From positions 1-39,806 of the IMG/VR virus record IMGVR_UViG_3300035002_000028: a DNA stretch of 39,806 bases; one strand, given 5' to 3'. Source of the DNA: a virus (taxonomy: Duplodnaviria; Caudoviricetes). The notes under the pieces were generated by a model that did no database searches, had not been told where the DNA came from, and was given only the letters and a program-made list of their open reading frames with translations. A program made the position numbers and the translations under genes. Below, piece after piece: positions 24,722-33,008 of this stretch. Within the stretch, counting starts at the first letter, position 1. Every line of letters starts with the position of its first letter.

Positions 24722-25269
24722 CAGACCGACCAAACCTTCAGGGACGAGACCAGCCAGTTGATGGTTTCGCGCCGCTTCTCCGGCTCCTCGTGGTCGAGGG
24801 TCATCCGTACATGCAGGATGATTGCCGTCTTCATCAGCGCGATGCGCGGATCGTTCGCGTCCTCGATGCCGACCTCGTAGGCGAGGGTCACGGCCTCGGC
24901 GCGGGAATAGGTGCTGGGCCAGCTTTCCTCGGGCGTGAGCACGAGCCGGTCATCGCTGAGCAGCGTGTAGATCGTGTCGCTGAGCGGCTGCTCGGCGCCG
25001 TCGCTGTCGAGATAGGTGACGGTGGCGGGCGCGATTACCGGGCCTGCCGGCAACCGCATGGTGTCGCAGAAGCGGTCGAAGTGAACCTCGACCGTCTGCC
25101 GGGCAACGGACATCCCCACCCAGCCCTTCGGGCCATCGAGCTCCGACTGAGCAGCCAGAATCAGCCCCTCGATCAGTTCGTCGCGGTCCGACCCGCTCTC
25201 GCCCAAGGCGACTTTCGCCTCATCGAGCGTGACGAGCGGTTCGGGCTGAGTGGTGACCATGATGCGCAT
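24721..25269 (-). CDS. Head-tail connector (gp6/phiE125 gp8-like)
   Basis: VTLDEAK..L, D.LI..LI.AA, V.Y.D.DG and WP motifs. Confidence 0.88.
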   Translation of the reverse strand: MRIMVTTQPEPLVTLDEAKVALGESGSDRDELIEGLILAAQSELDGPKGWVGMSVARQTVEVHFDRFCDTMRLPAGPVIAPATVTYLDSDGAEQPLSDTIYTLLSDDRLVLTPEESWPSTYSRAEAVTLAYEVGIEDANDPRIALMKTAIILHVRMTLDHEEPEKRRETINWLVSSLKVWSV

Positions 25270-25275
25270 GCGGGA

Positions 25276-25647
25276 TCAGTCCACCAGGAAGTGGAAGGCG
25301 CCCTTCTTCGACGTGCCGCCCTGGGCGAGCACGATCTTGATGCGGGTGTTGGCCAGCGCGATCCGGTCCTGAACGGCAGTGCCGCCCGAGGCATAGAGCG
25401 AGGCCGTGCCAGCGGCATCGGAGATCGGAACGCGCGGGTTGGCGACAAACGCCGCGGCGACATTGGTGCGGGTCACCAGCGCCTGGCCGGTGGCCTCGTC
25501 GGTGATCGTCATGTCGACGGTGTTGTCGTAGGGCGTCGAGCCGTCGGGCACATAGTGCACGGCGTACAGCACGCCCGAGAGGCGCGGCGTGTAGGTGGTC
25601 AGGGAACCGTCGGCGGCCACGTTGGCCTGAACTTTGTAGCGCTTCAT
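25276..25647 (-). CDS. Hypothetical virion protein (possible head decoration)
   Basis: 123 aa beta-rich ORF between the capsid and connector genes; AAGGT RBS. Confidence 0.65.
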   Translation of the reverse strand: MKRYKVQANVAADGSLTTYTPRLSGVLYAVHYVPDGSTPYDNTVDMTITDEATGQALVTRTNVAAAFVANPRVPISDAAGTASLYASGGTAVQDRIALANTRIKIVLAQGGTSKKGAFHFLVD

Positions 25648-25695
25648 GGCGACTACCTTTCTGGCGCTGCGCGCCTGTTGTCGCGGCTCGGAGGG

Positions 25696-25995
25696 CTATT
25701 TCGCCTTCGATGCGCGCGGGCTGACGGCCTTGTTCGCCGGGGCGGCGGGCTCGGCCTTGTTGAGATGGATCGGATCTGCCTTCTCCCCGGTGGGGACGGT
25801 CAGATCTGGCGACGACGAGATATCGGCGCCGCTCTTGCTGTCGGCAGGCTCTTCATCGGCAGGGCCGACCAGTTCGAGCAGCTTGCCTTCGAGATGACCG
25901 ACATCTGCCTTCGTGCCGACGCGGGTATCGCCCTCGGGATAGAAGCGGTCACCCGTATGCTCGCGGATGACCTTCCATTTGAACTTCTGGGCCAT
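25696..25995 (-). CDS. Hypothetical protein downstream of capsid
   Basis: AAGGAG RBS; KAEPAAPANKA C-terminal motif typical of this gene position. Confidence 0.7.
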   Translation of the reverse strand: MAQKFKWKVIREHTGDRFYPEGDTRVGTKADVGHLEGKLLELVGPADEEPADSKSGADISSSPDLTVPTGEKADPIHLNKAEPAAPANKAVSPRASKAK

Positions 25996-26015
25996 GGTGG
26001 TTCTCCTTTCGGCTC

Positions 26016-26044
26016 ATGAAAGCGGGCGACCGAAGCCGCCCGCT
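26016..26044 (-). terminator. Post-capsid intrinsic terminator
   Basis: AGCGGGCGGC-TTCG-GTCGCCCGCT followed by TTCAT. Confidence 0.7.
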
Positions 26045-26061
26045 CAGCATCAGCCGACCGG

Positions 26062-27279
26062 TTACGACGCCAGCGCGGTGTCGAAATCGCCGTAGATGAA
26101 GGCCTCCGGGCGATAGACCGCGAGGGCCAAGCGCTCTTCGGCCAGGATCGTCGACAAGTTCTTGATGAAGTCGTCGTTGACGAAGCCGGCCTCAACGCGG
26201 CCATCCCACCGGTCGAACAGCTGAGCACCGAGCTTGAATGCGCCGGTGAGGAACTTGCGCACCGTCATCGCCTGCGTGGCGACCACCGGCAGGCCCCAGA
26301 GCGTGGGCGTGGTGGTGCCCTGCGGGTTGCCGATGATGTACCGGCCAGTCGTGTCCTTCAGCGTCTCGATCGACGCCCAGTCGGTCGGATGCATGACGTG
26401 GCCGGTCGCCGGATATTCGGCGAGAGCGGCCTGCAGCATCGCGAGACGAAGAACGTCGATGATGTTGAGGTCGGCCAGCGAGATCGGCGCCGAGTAAGCG
26501 GTCGCCTGCGGGATGATGCCGTTCAGGTTCTGACCGGTGCCGTCGCCGCTGAGCAGCTGCTGCTCCTCGACGTAGGCCAGGCCATAGAGCAGACGCTCAT
26601 CGATCATCGAGCGCAGCTGGCTGATGTCGCTGAGCACCTGGCGCGAGGCCTTCATCCAGTGGGCGATGACCTTGGCCGAAGTCGTGACCAGGTCGAGCTT
26701 GATATCGGACTCGGGCTTGGCCGCCGTCTCAGCCACCGGCGCCGCGTTGTTGTTGAAGCCGGTTTCCTTCACGTACTCGAGCGTGTTGCCGTCCATGCGG
26801 CCGGGCGAGATCAGGTCGCGCACGGTCAGGCGACGCTGCGGCAGCGGCAGGATGCCCGGGAGGCGAGTGCCGTTGATCGCATCGCCCACAGAGCCGGCGG
26901 CGTCCGTGGTGAGCGACGTGAGGGTCGTCTTCACCGAAAGGTCGATGCGGTCGCCCTGGCGCATACCAGCGTCCAGCTTGGCCTTCACCTTGTCGTCGGA
27001 GACGAACAGGTCGCCCAGCGACTTACGTTCCGGCTGTTCAGCGGTGCCGCCCTCGGCAATCTTCTGCTCGAGCGTAGCGACCTGCTCCTTGAGACCGGTG
27101 AGCGCGTTGAGCTTGGTCAGCGCCTCGTCGATCTTGTCCTTCTGGGACTGGCTCAGGTTTTCGCCAGCTTTGGCCTTGCCAAGAGCGTCCTCGGCGAGCG
27201 CCTTCACCTGGTCGAACTTCGTCTCGAAGCTCTGCTTCACTTCGGCAGCAAGCTGCTCGATGGTCTTTTCGTCGGCCAT
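26062..27279 (-). CDS. Major capsid protein, HK97 fold
   Basis: Coiled-coil delta domain; RRLTVRDLI, V.E...KPES, LLSGDGTG, LWGLPVV and F.KN...ILAEERLAL.VYRPEAF motifs. Confidence 0.96.
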   Translation of the reverse strand: MADEKTIEQLAAEVKQSFETKFDQVKALAEDALGKAKAGENLSQSQKDKIDEALTKLNALTGLKEQVATLEQKIAEGGTAEQPERKSLGDLFVSDDKVKAKLDAGMRQGDRIDLSVKTTLTSLTTDAAGSVGDAINGTRLPGILPLPQRRLTVRDLISPGRMDGNTLEYVKETGFNNNAAPVAETAAKPESDIKLDLVTTSAKVIAHWMKASRQVLSDISQLRSMIDERLLYGLAYVEEQQLLSGDGTGQNLNGIIPQATAYSAPISLADLNIIDVLRLAMLQAALAEYPATGHVMHPTDWASIETLKDTTGRYIIGNPQGTTTPTLWGLPVVATQAMTVRKFLTGAFKLGAQLFDRWDGRVEAGFVNDDFIKNLSTILAEERLALAVYRPEAFIYGDFDTALAS

Positions 27280-27311
27280 GGGACCGATCCTTTCGTGGAT
27301 GTGATGGAGGG

Positions 27312-27977
27312 TTAGCCGGCAGGCAGAAGAGCTTTCAGCAGCGCGGCTTGATCGGATGTGCCCTCGGACTCACTCCGAATGGCCTTGGCGTAGCCGACAG
27401 ATGCGATCTGCACGGCCATCGCCTTCGGGATCCCTGCCTCGCGCAGGAGATCCTCGAATTCTTTGACGGGCATGGGGTCGCCATCGCGCAAGCGGCGGGC
27501 AAACTCTTCCATGCGCTCGGATTTCACCGCCTCGATGCGAGCGCGGCGATTGGCCGGGAAGGAAACCGGCGAGATTTCGTAGAGGTCGACTTCATCGAGG
27601 TTGCGGACGTTGCCATCGGGCGTGACTTTGATCTCGCGATAGCCAATCGACAGCCCGCCAATAGCCCCGTTCTTCATCAGGGCATGAACCTCACGCGCCT
27701 TCTGCACATCGAGAATGAGCCGCCCCTGACCCCAGAGCCCCTTCTTATCCTCAGCAAGATCACTCCATACGCCGATGGGCTGCGAAGGATCGTGCTGCCA
27801 GAGCATCAGCACCTGCGTGCCTTCCCGCCGATGCTTGGCGAGTGATCCCGCAAACGCGCCGGGCATCACCCGCTCGCCATAGCTGTCCACGTTGCCATGG
27901 ATCGAGCCGTAGCCCGTGAAGGTGCCTTCGTCCGTCAGGTCCTTGACCTGAAGGGAAAAGTCCTTGGTTTTCATCAT
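27312..27977 (-). CDS. HK97-family prohead protease
   Basis: F.GYGS, D...PGAF, MLWQHD...PIG, GLSIGY and EISPVSFPAN motifs. Confidence 0.95.
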   Translation of the reverse strand: MMKTKDFSLQVKDLTDEGTFTGYGSIHGNVDSYGERVMPGAFAGSLAKHRREGTQVLMLWQHDPSQPIGVWSDLAEDKKGLWGQGRLILDVQKAREVHALMKNGAIGGLSIGYREIKVTPDGNVRNLDEVDLYEISPVSFPANRRARIEAVKSERMEEFARRLRDGDPMPVKEFEDLLREAGIPKAMAVQIASVGYAKAIRSESEGTSDQAALLKALLPAG

Positions 27978-27979
27978 AG

Positions 27980-29224
27980 CTACTCCTGCGGAGCGGGCAG
28001 CGCGGGATCAGCCGGCGCTTGGGTAATGGGCACGTTCTGCGACTGCATCCGGGGCACATTGCCGCCGTCGACCGGCGGCAGGTTCTCCAACTGGCGAACC
28101 TCGTTGATGGTCATCCAGCCGTTCTGCAGGCCGGACTGGTAGAAGGTGGCGCGGCCGTTGCTGTCGCCGCGGAGCAGCCCCTCGAGCGCGAATTCCAGCA
28201 CGATGCCGGCAGCTCGGTCCTCGGCGGTCAGAAGCTGCTTCTCGAGCGCCTGCTCGATCCGCTTCAGACGACGCCGGAGCGTGAACTTCACGAAGCCGAG
28301 CGTCTGTTGCTCAAGGCCGGTTCCCCAACTGGTCGACTTCTCCGTGTGCCCGATCATGAACGGCGGGACGCCGAAGAAGCGGGCGATCTCCTCGACGCTG
28401 AAGCCCCGGCTTTCGAGCATCTGCGCATCGTCGGGGTTGATGGTCAGCGCTTCCCACTTGGTGCCGCCCTCGAGGATCATCGGGCGGCCAGAGTTCATGG
28501 AGCCCATGAACTTCTCGACTAGCCGCTGCTCGAGCGCGTCACGCTGCTCAGTGGTCAGGAACTTGTCGAACGTGAGGACGCCGGATGGACGCAGACCGTT
28601 CTGGAACGTCTTCCGGGCCGTGCGGTCGAGGTCGAGACCGATGCCGAACGTCCGCGAGGCAAAGGCCAACGTGGACATGCCGCCCTTGGGGTTGCCCCCG
28701 AAGCCACGGATATGCAGCACGTCGTCGCTGGTGAGGTCGTAGCTCTCGCCGTCCTCGGTCCAGCGATACCCCAGCCGGCCGTTGCCGATGCTGCGCACCT
28801 GCGGCAACTGCGGCATGATCGGCACCAGGCTGACCACTCGGCCGCTGCTCTTCACCTTCCGGGCATAGCCATTGCCCCAGAGCTCGACGCTGGCCTCGAT
28901 GAACTCCCAGAAGTCGAGTGCGGTCTGTAGGCTGTTCGGGCTGTCGTGCAGCACGCGATAGAGCGGGTGATCCTTCGCGAGCTCGCGCTGGCCGTCGGAG
29001 CCGGTGCGATAGATCATCAGCGGCAGCGACGCGATCGTGCCGGCAATGAGGTTCACGCACGCCCACACTGCCGAGAGGCTGAGAGCGCTGGCGGCGTCAG
29101 GATCGGAAGGCGCCGATTCCGAGAACGTGTCGTCGCGCCAATACTTCGGCTCGGTCAGCGACAGCGCTCGGGTCGTATCCTTGCCCAGGATCATACCGGC
29201 GAGCATCTTCTGCAGCCGGTTCAT
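27980..29224 (-). CDS. HK97-family portal protein
   Basis: AVWACV..IA..IASLP, GNGYA, LHIRG, EIARFFGVPP and GWMTINEVR..ENLPP motifs. Start ATG 29224 overlaps the terL stop. Confidence 0.96.
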   Translation of the reverse strand: MNRLQKMLAGMILGKDTTRALSLTEPKYWRDDTFSESAPSDPDAASALSLSAVWACVNLIAGTIASLPLMIYRTGSDGQRELAKDHPLYRVLHDSPNSLQTALDFWEFIEASVELWGNGYARKVKSSGRVVSLVPIMPQLPQVRSIGNGRLGYRWTEDGESYDLTSDDVLHIRGFGGNPKGGMSTLAFASRTFGIGLDLDRTARKTFQNGLRPSGVLTFDKFLTTEQRDALEQRLVEKFMGSMNSGRPMILEGGTKWEALTINPDDAQMLESRGFSVEEIARFFGVPPFMIGHTEKSTSWGTGLEQQTLGFVKFTLRRRLKRIEQALEKQLLTAEDRAAGIVLEFALEGLLRGDSNGRATFYQSGLQNGWMTINEVRQLENLPPVDGGNVPRMQSQNVPITQAPADPALPAPQE

Positions 29225-31095
29225 GCCGGGGCACCTGAGAGTGAGGCGATGTAATCGTCTAGGCTGGCTTCCACGCCGCCGCCTACCACCGCCGGGTGGA
29301 TGGCGTTGATCAGCCCGTCGATGCCGTCGATCTTGTTGGGGCTCATCTCTTTTTCCTTTTTCGGCAGGATAGTGCCGTCGACGCGGCGCTCGACCACGCA
29401 ATTCGAGGCCATCCAGGTCATCACTGGGTTACCGTCGTGCCGCAGTCGCTTCGAACCGCCCTTCACCCGCGCCTCGATCTCTTTGGCCGGGTCTGTAACG
29501 TTACGGGCGTTCTTGCTCAGGATTACCGCCAACGGGTCACTCCCGTTGCCGTAGTTCTCGTTCAGCCGGCTCGCCATCGCTTGTGCGGCGGCAAACTGGT
29601 CGAAGGTGATCTTGCGGATCGCGAATTCCTCGATCCATTCGACTACTTGGTCCTCGACCTTGTTATGGTCGACCCAGTCGCCGTCCGTCAGCGTCAGATG
29701 GCCCTGAGCCGCCCAGGTTCGATATGGGGCAGGGCCCTTGCCTTCCGCATGCAAGGGGTCGTCAAGCACGGCGGATGGCAGCCAGAACTTTGGCTTGAAG
29801 ATCAGGCAACCATCGTCGCGGAACGCAGCGAGCACCAGGGCCGTGATGTCGTCTTTGTCGGCCAGGTCGCCGCCGATGAAGCAATCGAGCCCCCGGAAGT
29901 CGTCCCACTCCACCGCCGCCGAGCATTGACCCCACCGAACCATATTCAGCCAGCGCGTCGCCGCGTTGAGCCAGATGTTCAAATTCTTGGTCTTGAAGTT
30001 GCCTTCGGACGCCGGCGACGCCTTCGCATCAGCCGCGTACTGACGCATCTTGGCCAGCTTTGGCGTGATGCCGAGCATCGGGTTGGCCTTGATCCAGACC
30101 TTTTCGTCGAGCGGATCGTCGGCCGGCGAGATTACCGCGCCGGCTTCGTCGAGAACTGCCTCGTCGAGGGTGAAGATAATGCCGAAGTAGTGGTCGGCCT
30201 CGAAGATGCCCTCCAGCACCTTCGTCAAATAGGTGCGCTGCTCATAGCAGACGCCATTGGTGTCGAAGCCCGCGGTCGTGATCGACCAGAGCAGCGGGTT
30301 AGTCCTCGCGCCGAAGGCCGACTTCACCACGTCGAACAGCGATCGATCCTTGTGGGCGTGCAGCTCGTCCAGGATGCCCAGATGCGGGTTGTGGCCGTCC
30401 TGCGTAGAACCCTTCGCGTTGATGGTCTGGGCATATCCGCCATTGGCCCCGCAGGTGATGGAACGGGCCCAGGGCTTGATGTCGAACGCCTCCTGCAGGT
30501 CGGGGCTGCGCCGAACCATCAGGTTCATGGGCTTGAACACCTTCTGCGCCTGATCGCCCGTCGTGGCGCCGACAATAACTTGCGGTCCGACCTCATCCTC
30601 GCAGCAGAGGCAGTAGAGCCCGACACCGGCCGTCAGCGTGGACTTCGCGCCCTTGCGGGCCATCTCGATATAGACGTCCGAGAAGCGCCGGCCGCCGTCA
30701 TCGCCGCGCCTCCACCCGAACACTGTCGACAGGATGAAAATCTGCGCCGGCTCGAGCGTAATGGTCGGGGTTTCCCACACGCCTTCGACGTGCGGCAGCT
30801 TCTCGATGAAATCGCAGACGTCGTCGCCGTGCCAGCGGTCGAAATAGTAGCCCCAAACCCTGTCAGATTTTGCCCGCTTTAGATCGTTGAGGTGGCGCCG
30901 GCATGCCAGCTTGACCCACTTGCAGGCGACGACCCGCCCTCGGTCTACGTCGCGAGCATACTGCTCAGCGATCCCGACATAGTCACGGGCGTGATCAGAG
31001 GTGCTGCCGGCTTCCGTCGCGAGCGACGAGCGTGACGGGCTTTCCGGCCGCGAGCGCTTTGGCGACGGTGTCTTCGGTGCCGCCCTTCCGGTCAT
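29221..31095 (-). CDS. terL: Terminase large subunit
   Basis: Walker A ARKGAKST, Walker B ILDELH, ITTAG coupling motif, GGDLA...D and KIDG nuclease motifs. Confidence 0.96.
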   Translation of the reverse strand: MTGRAAPKTPSPKRSRPESPSRSSLATEAGSTSDHARDYVGIAEQYARDVDRGRVVACKWVKLACRRHLNDLKRAKSDRVWGYYFDRWHGDDVCDFIEKLPHVEGVWETPTITLEPAQIFILSTVFGWRRGDDGGRRFSDVYIEMARKGAKSTLTAGVGLYCLCCEDEVGPQVIVGATTGDQAQKVFKPMNLMVRRSPDLQEAFDIKPWARSITCGANGGYAQTINAKGSTQDGHNPHLGILDELHAHKDRSLFDVVKSAFGARTNPLLWSITTAGFDTNGVCYEQRTYLTKVLEGIFEADHYFGIIFTLDEAVLDEAGAVISPADDPLDEKVWIKANPMLGITPKLAKMRQYAADAKASPASEGNFKTKNLNIWLNAATRWLNMVRWGQCSAAVEWDDFRGLDCFIGGDLADKDDITALVLAAFRDDGCLIFKPKFWLPSAVLDDPLHAEGKGPAPYRTWAAQGHLTLTDGDWVDHNKVEDQVVEWIEEFAIRKITFDQFAAAQAMASRLNENYGNGSDPLAVILSKNARNVTDPAKEIEARVKGGSKRLRHDGNPVMTWMASNCVVERRVDGTILPKKEKEMSPNKIDGIDGLINAIHPAVVGGGVEASLDDYIASLSGAPA

Positions 31096-31372
31096 CGGAC
31101 ACCAACGCCACCAGCTGATCGCACCGTTCTACGACCAAGCTGTTCCGGTCGTGATAGCGCCGCGCAGCTTCGCCGCGGGAACGGACGTGCGACAGGTCGG
31201 GCAGGATTTCCACCACCGGCAGACCGGCGGCGCGAGCTTCTTGCGCTGCCCACGTGTCAACGCCCCGACATCCGCCAGACACGACCACCGCGTCCGAAGG
31301 GAGAGCGAGGACGATCGCCTTCACCGTCTCCCGGTCCGTCCGAGATCTGCTGCCGACTATTCCGACCTTCAC
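30995..31372 (-). CDS. SLOG-superfamily protein (DprA/SMF/YspA-like Rossmann domain)
   Basis: IVGSR, VVSGGCRGVD..A, RN..VV..CD..VA and KGGT..T...A...GKPV motifs. Probable GTG start at 31372 (ORF open from 31414). Confidence 0.85.
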   Translation of the reverse strand: MKVGIVGSRSRTDRETVKAIVLALPSDAVVVSGGCRGVDTWAAQEARAAGLPVVEILPDLSHVRSRGEAARRYHDRNSLVVERCDQLVALVSDDRKGGTEDTVAKALAAGKPVTLVARDGSRQHL

Positions 31373-31889
31373 CAACCGAGCCCCCGATCCACGCGAGTGC
31401 AATTGCCGGGACACCTACACTGCGCAACGCGGTGACGGCTTCTTCAAGATGCCAACCGCTTGTCGCGATGTCGTCGACGACGATGGTCAGCGTAGCAGGT
31501 CGCGATTCCCACGTCAGCGGCGGCAGTCGGCTATTTTCCTTGGGATGGCTGACCCCCTCGCAGAACCGGTCGCCCCAGACCTGAACGAACGGCAGCCCCG
31601 CCGCCGCAGCAACCGCCCGCGCCAGTCGCTTGCCGAAGCAATCCGGCCGTCGGCTATGCCCGCACGGTACAGACGTGACCACAGCATCAGTAACCGGGGC
31701 GTACTTGCCGAGGAATTCGACAATTTCTTGGGCCGCTTCGTCCACCAGCGTAGACACCGGGGCGGCCTTCTCCGCCTTCATGGCGGCGATCTGAGCCTTA
31801 CGGTCGTCCTTACGCCATGAGCGCAATGTCATGTAGCCGACGTCGTTTCGCGACCGAAGTGCCGGCCGCTCGACCAAACCCTCGATCAC
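31257..31889 (-). CDS. Type I phosphoribosyltransferase-fold protein (ComF-like)
   Basis: VTSVP, LARAVA and PRPP-loop IVVDDIATSG. The GTG start overlaps the terS stop (TAGTG). Confidence 0.85.
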   Translation of the reverse strand: MIEGLVERPALRSRNDVGYMTLRSWRKDDRKAQIAAMKAEKAAPVSTLVDEAAQEIVEFLGKYAPVTDAVVTSVPCGHSRRPDCFGKRLARAVAAAAGLPFVQVWGDRFCEGVSHPKENSRLPPLTWESRPATLTIVVDDIATSGWHLEEAVTALRSVGVPAIALAWIGGSVGEGRNSRQQISDGPGDGEGDRPRSPFGRGGRVWRMSGR

Positions 31890-32293
31890 TAGCGCTTGCC
31901 GTTCCGGTTGAAGGGGTTGGCCGTCTTGCCGTCCGGCTTCACCTGGAGCCGGCTACGAGCGCCGCCAATGCCGAACAGCTCCTGCATCTTGCGCACCTCT
32001 GCCAGCGCCGCGATCGGCGGCGCCTCGCCGGCCTTGAAGCAGCGGATCACCAGCGCCTGCAGGTTGCAGTAGTTGGTGAAGATCATCGTGTCGGCCTCGG
32101 TCACCAGCCGATTGGCCGTGACGCGCCCGATATCGTCCTGCCAAACCTCGATGGCCTCACCGGTCAGCCAATCGGGCTGCTGTGGCAGCGCGTCCGGCGC
32201 CACGAGCTCGACGAGGTTGCCGTCACGGCTCGGCTGATAGGTACCCTTTGCCCGCTTCTCAGAGGGCAACTGGCGCTTGGGTCCACGCTGCAT
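31889..32293 (-). CDS. terS: Terminase small subunit (P27-like)
   Basis: RGPK..P...K..KGT, P.WL..EA...W, D...F..YC, FG....ARSRL and NPF motifs. Confidence 0.9.
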   Translation of the reverse strand: MQRGPKRQLPSEKRAKGTYQPSRDGNLVELVAPDALPQQPDWLTGEAIEVWQDDIGRVTANRLVTEADTMIFTNYCNLQALVIRCFKAGEAPPIAALAEVRKMQELFGIGGARSRLQVKPDGKTANPFNRNGKR

Positions 32294-32324
32294 GCTGAAA
32301 CTTTCTCGAGTCCGGCTTTAATTT

Positions 32325-32400
32325 GCACGCGCAAAAGTTTGGCCAGGCACCGGTCGTGGCCTTTAATGCCGTCGACTTTTGACTCCCCCCGGGGTAGGTC
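32325..32400 (-). other. Probable cos/packaging-initiation region
   Basis: Non-coding gap between HNH and terS with a TACCCCGGGGGGAGTCAAAAGT motif, the usual location in HNH/P27 phages. Exact cut site unknown. Confidence 0.5.
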
Positions 32401-32426
32401 ACCATAAGTGAGCGAGGGAATGAGGC

Positions 32427-32609
32427 ATGTCGCGACTGGCTGAAACGTACCGGGGCGTACAATTTCGGATCATGGGGTCGGGTGATCGTTGGGATGCTGT
32501 CACGATCTCCCTGCCTGGGCTGCAAGAGGTGGGCCAGGGGCAGACGCGCGAACAGTGCTTGGCTGCAATCTGCAGCAAGATCGACGCCGTCCTAGACCGT
32601 AGGTCGTGA
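32427..32609 (+). CDS. Small HicB-N-like protein (orphan)
   Basis: GAGG RBS; SLPGL...GQGQTREQCL...I resembles the HicB PDLPGC..G.T.EEA pattern. Confidence 0.5.
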   Translation: MSRLAETYRGVQFRIMGSGDRWDAVTISLPGLQEVGQGQTREQCLAAICSKIDAVLDRRS

Positions 32610-32945
32610 ACGCCGGCGTTGCGCCCGCTCCTCCATCTGCTTGACCCTGCTGTGGCAGCGCCACGGGGCTTGATCGCATAGCGACTGGAACGGGCCGGAG
32701 AAGAAGCCTTCCTCTGTCAGCTTGCTCGCCGGGTCGATGTGGTCGCATACCGTCGCCGGTGTGATCCTGCCTGCTGCCAAACACATGGCGCACAGCGGAT
32801 CGGCTGTGAGCTGGTGTAACGCCGTCTTCCTCCAACGCGACGTGCCGTAGAGCTTGCGATAGGGTAGTTGCTCTCTGCGCCGTCTATCTGCTGCTTGACG
32901 AAGGTGTTGCCGCGTGCCAGTTGCCGAGGGTGGTCTACTTGGCAA
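32592..32945 (-). CDS. HNH endonuclease, terminase cofactor (HK97 gp74-like)
   Basis: Y...RW, PLCAMC, ATVCDHI and QSLC...CH..K motifs; upstream of terS. Confidence 0.88.
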   Translation of the reverse strand: MPSRPPSATGTRQHLRQAADRRRREQLPYRKLYGTSRWRKTALHQLTADPLCAMCLAAGRITPATVCDHIDPASKLTEEGFFSGPFQSLCDQAPWRCHSRVKQMEERAQRRRSRPTV

Positions 32946-33008
32946 ATTGCATTGGCCTTTTGCAGAGAAAGTGGCACGGTCCTGCGGCTTTTCCTATCGG
33001 GGGCTAAT

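Noticed and set aside
29225-29401. Arg-rich N-terminal extension of the portal ORF
   Set aside because: Lies inside terL. ATG 29224 (ATGA overlap) gives a normal portal.
29296-30882. 528-aa plus-strand ORF (and similar long ORFs at 15402..16481, 20772..22172, 22939..24087, 24790..26019)
   Set aside because: Antisense shadows of well-supported minus-strand genes, as expected in high-GC DNA. No motifs or RBS.
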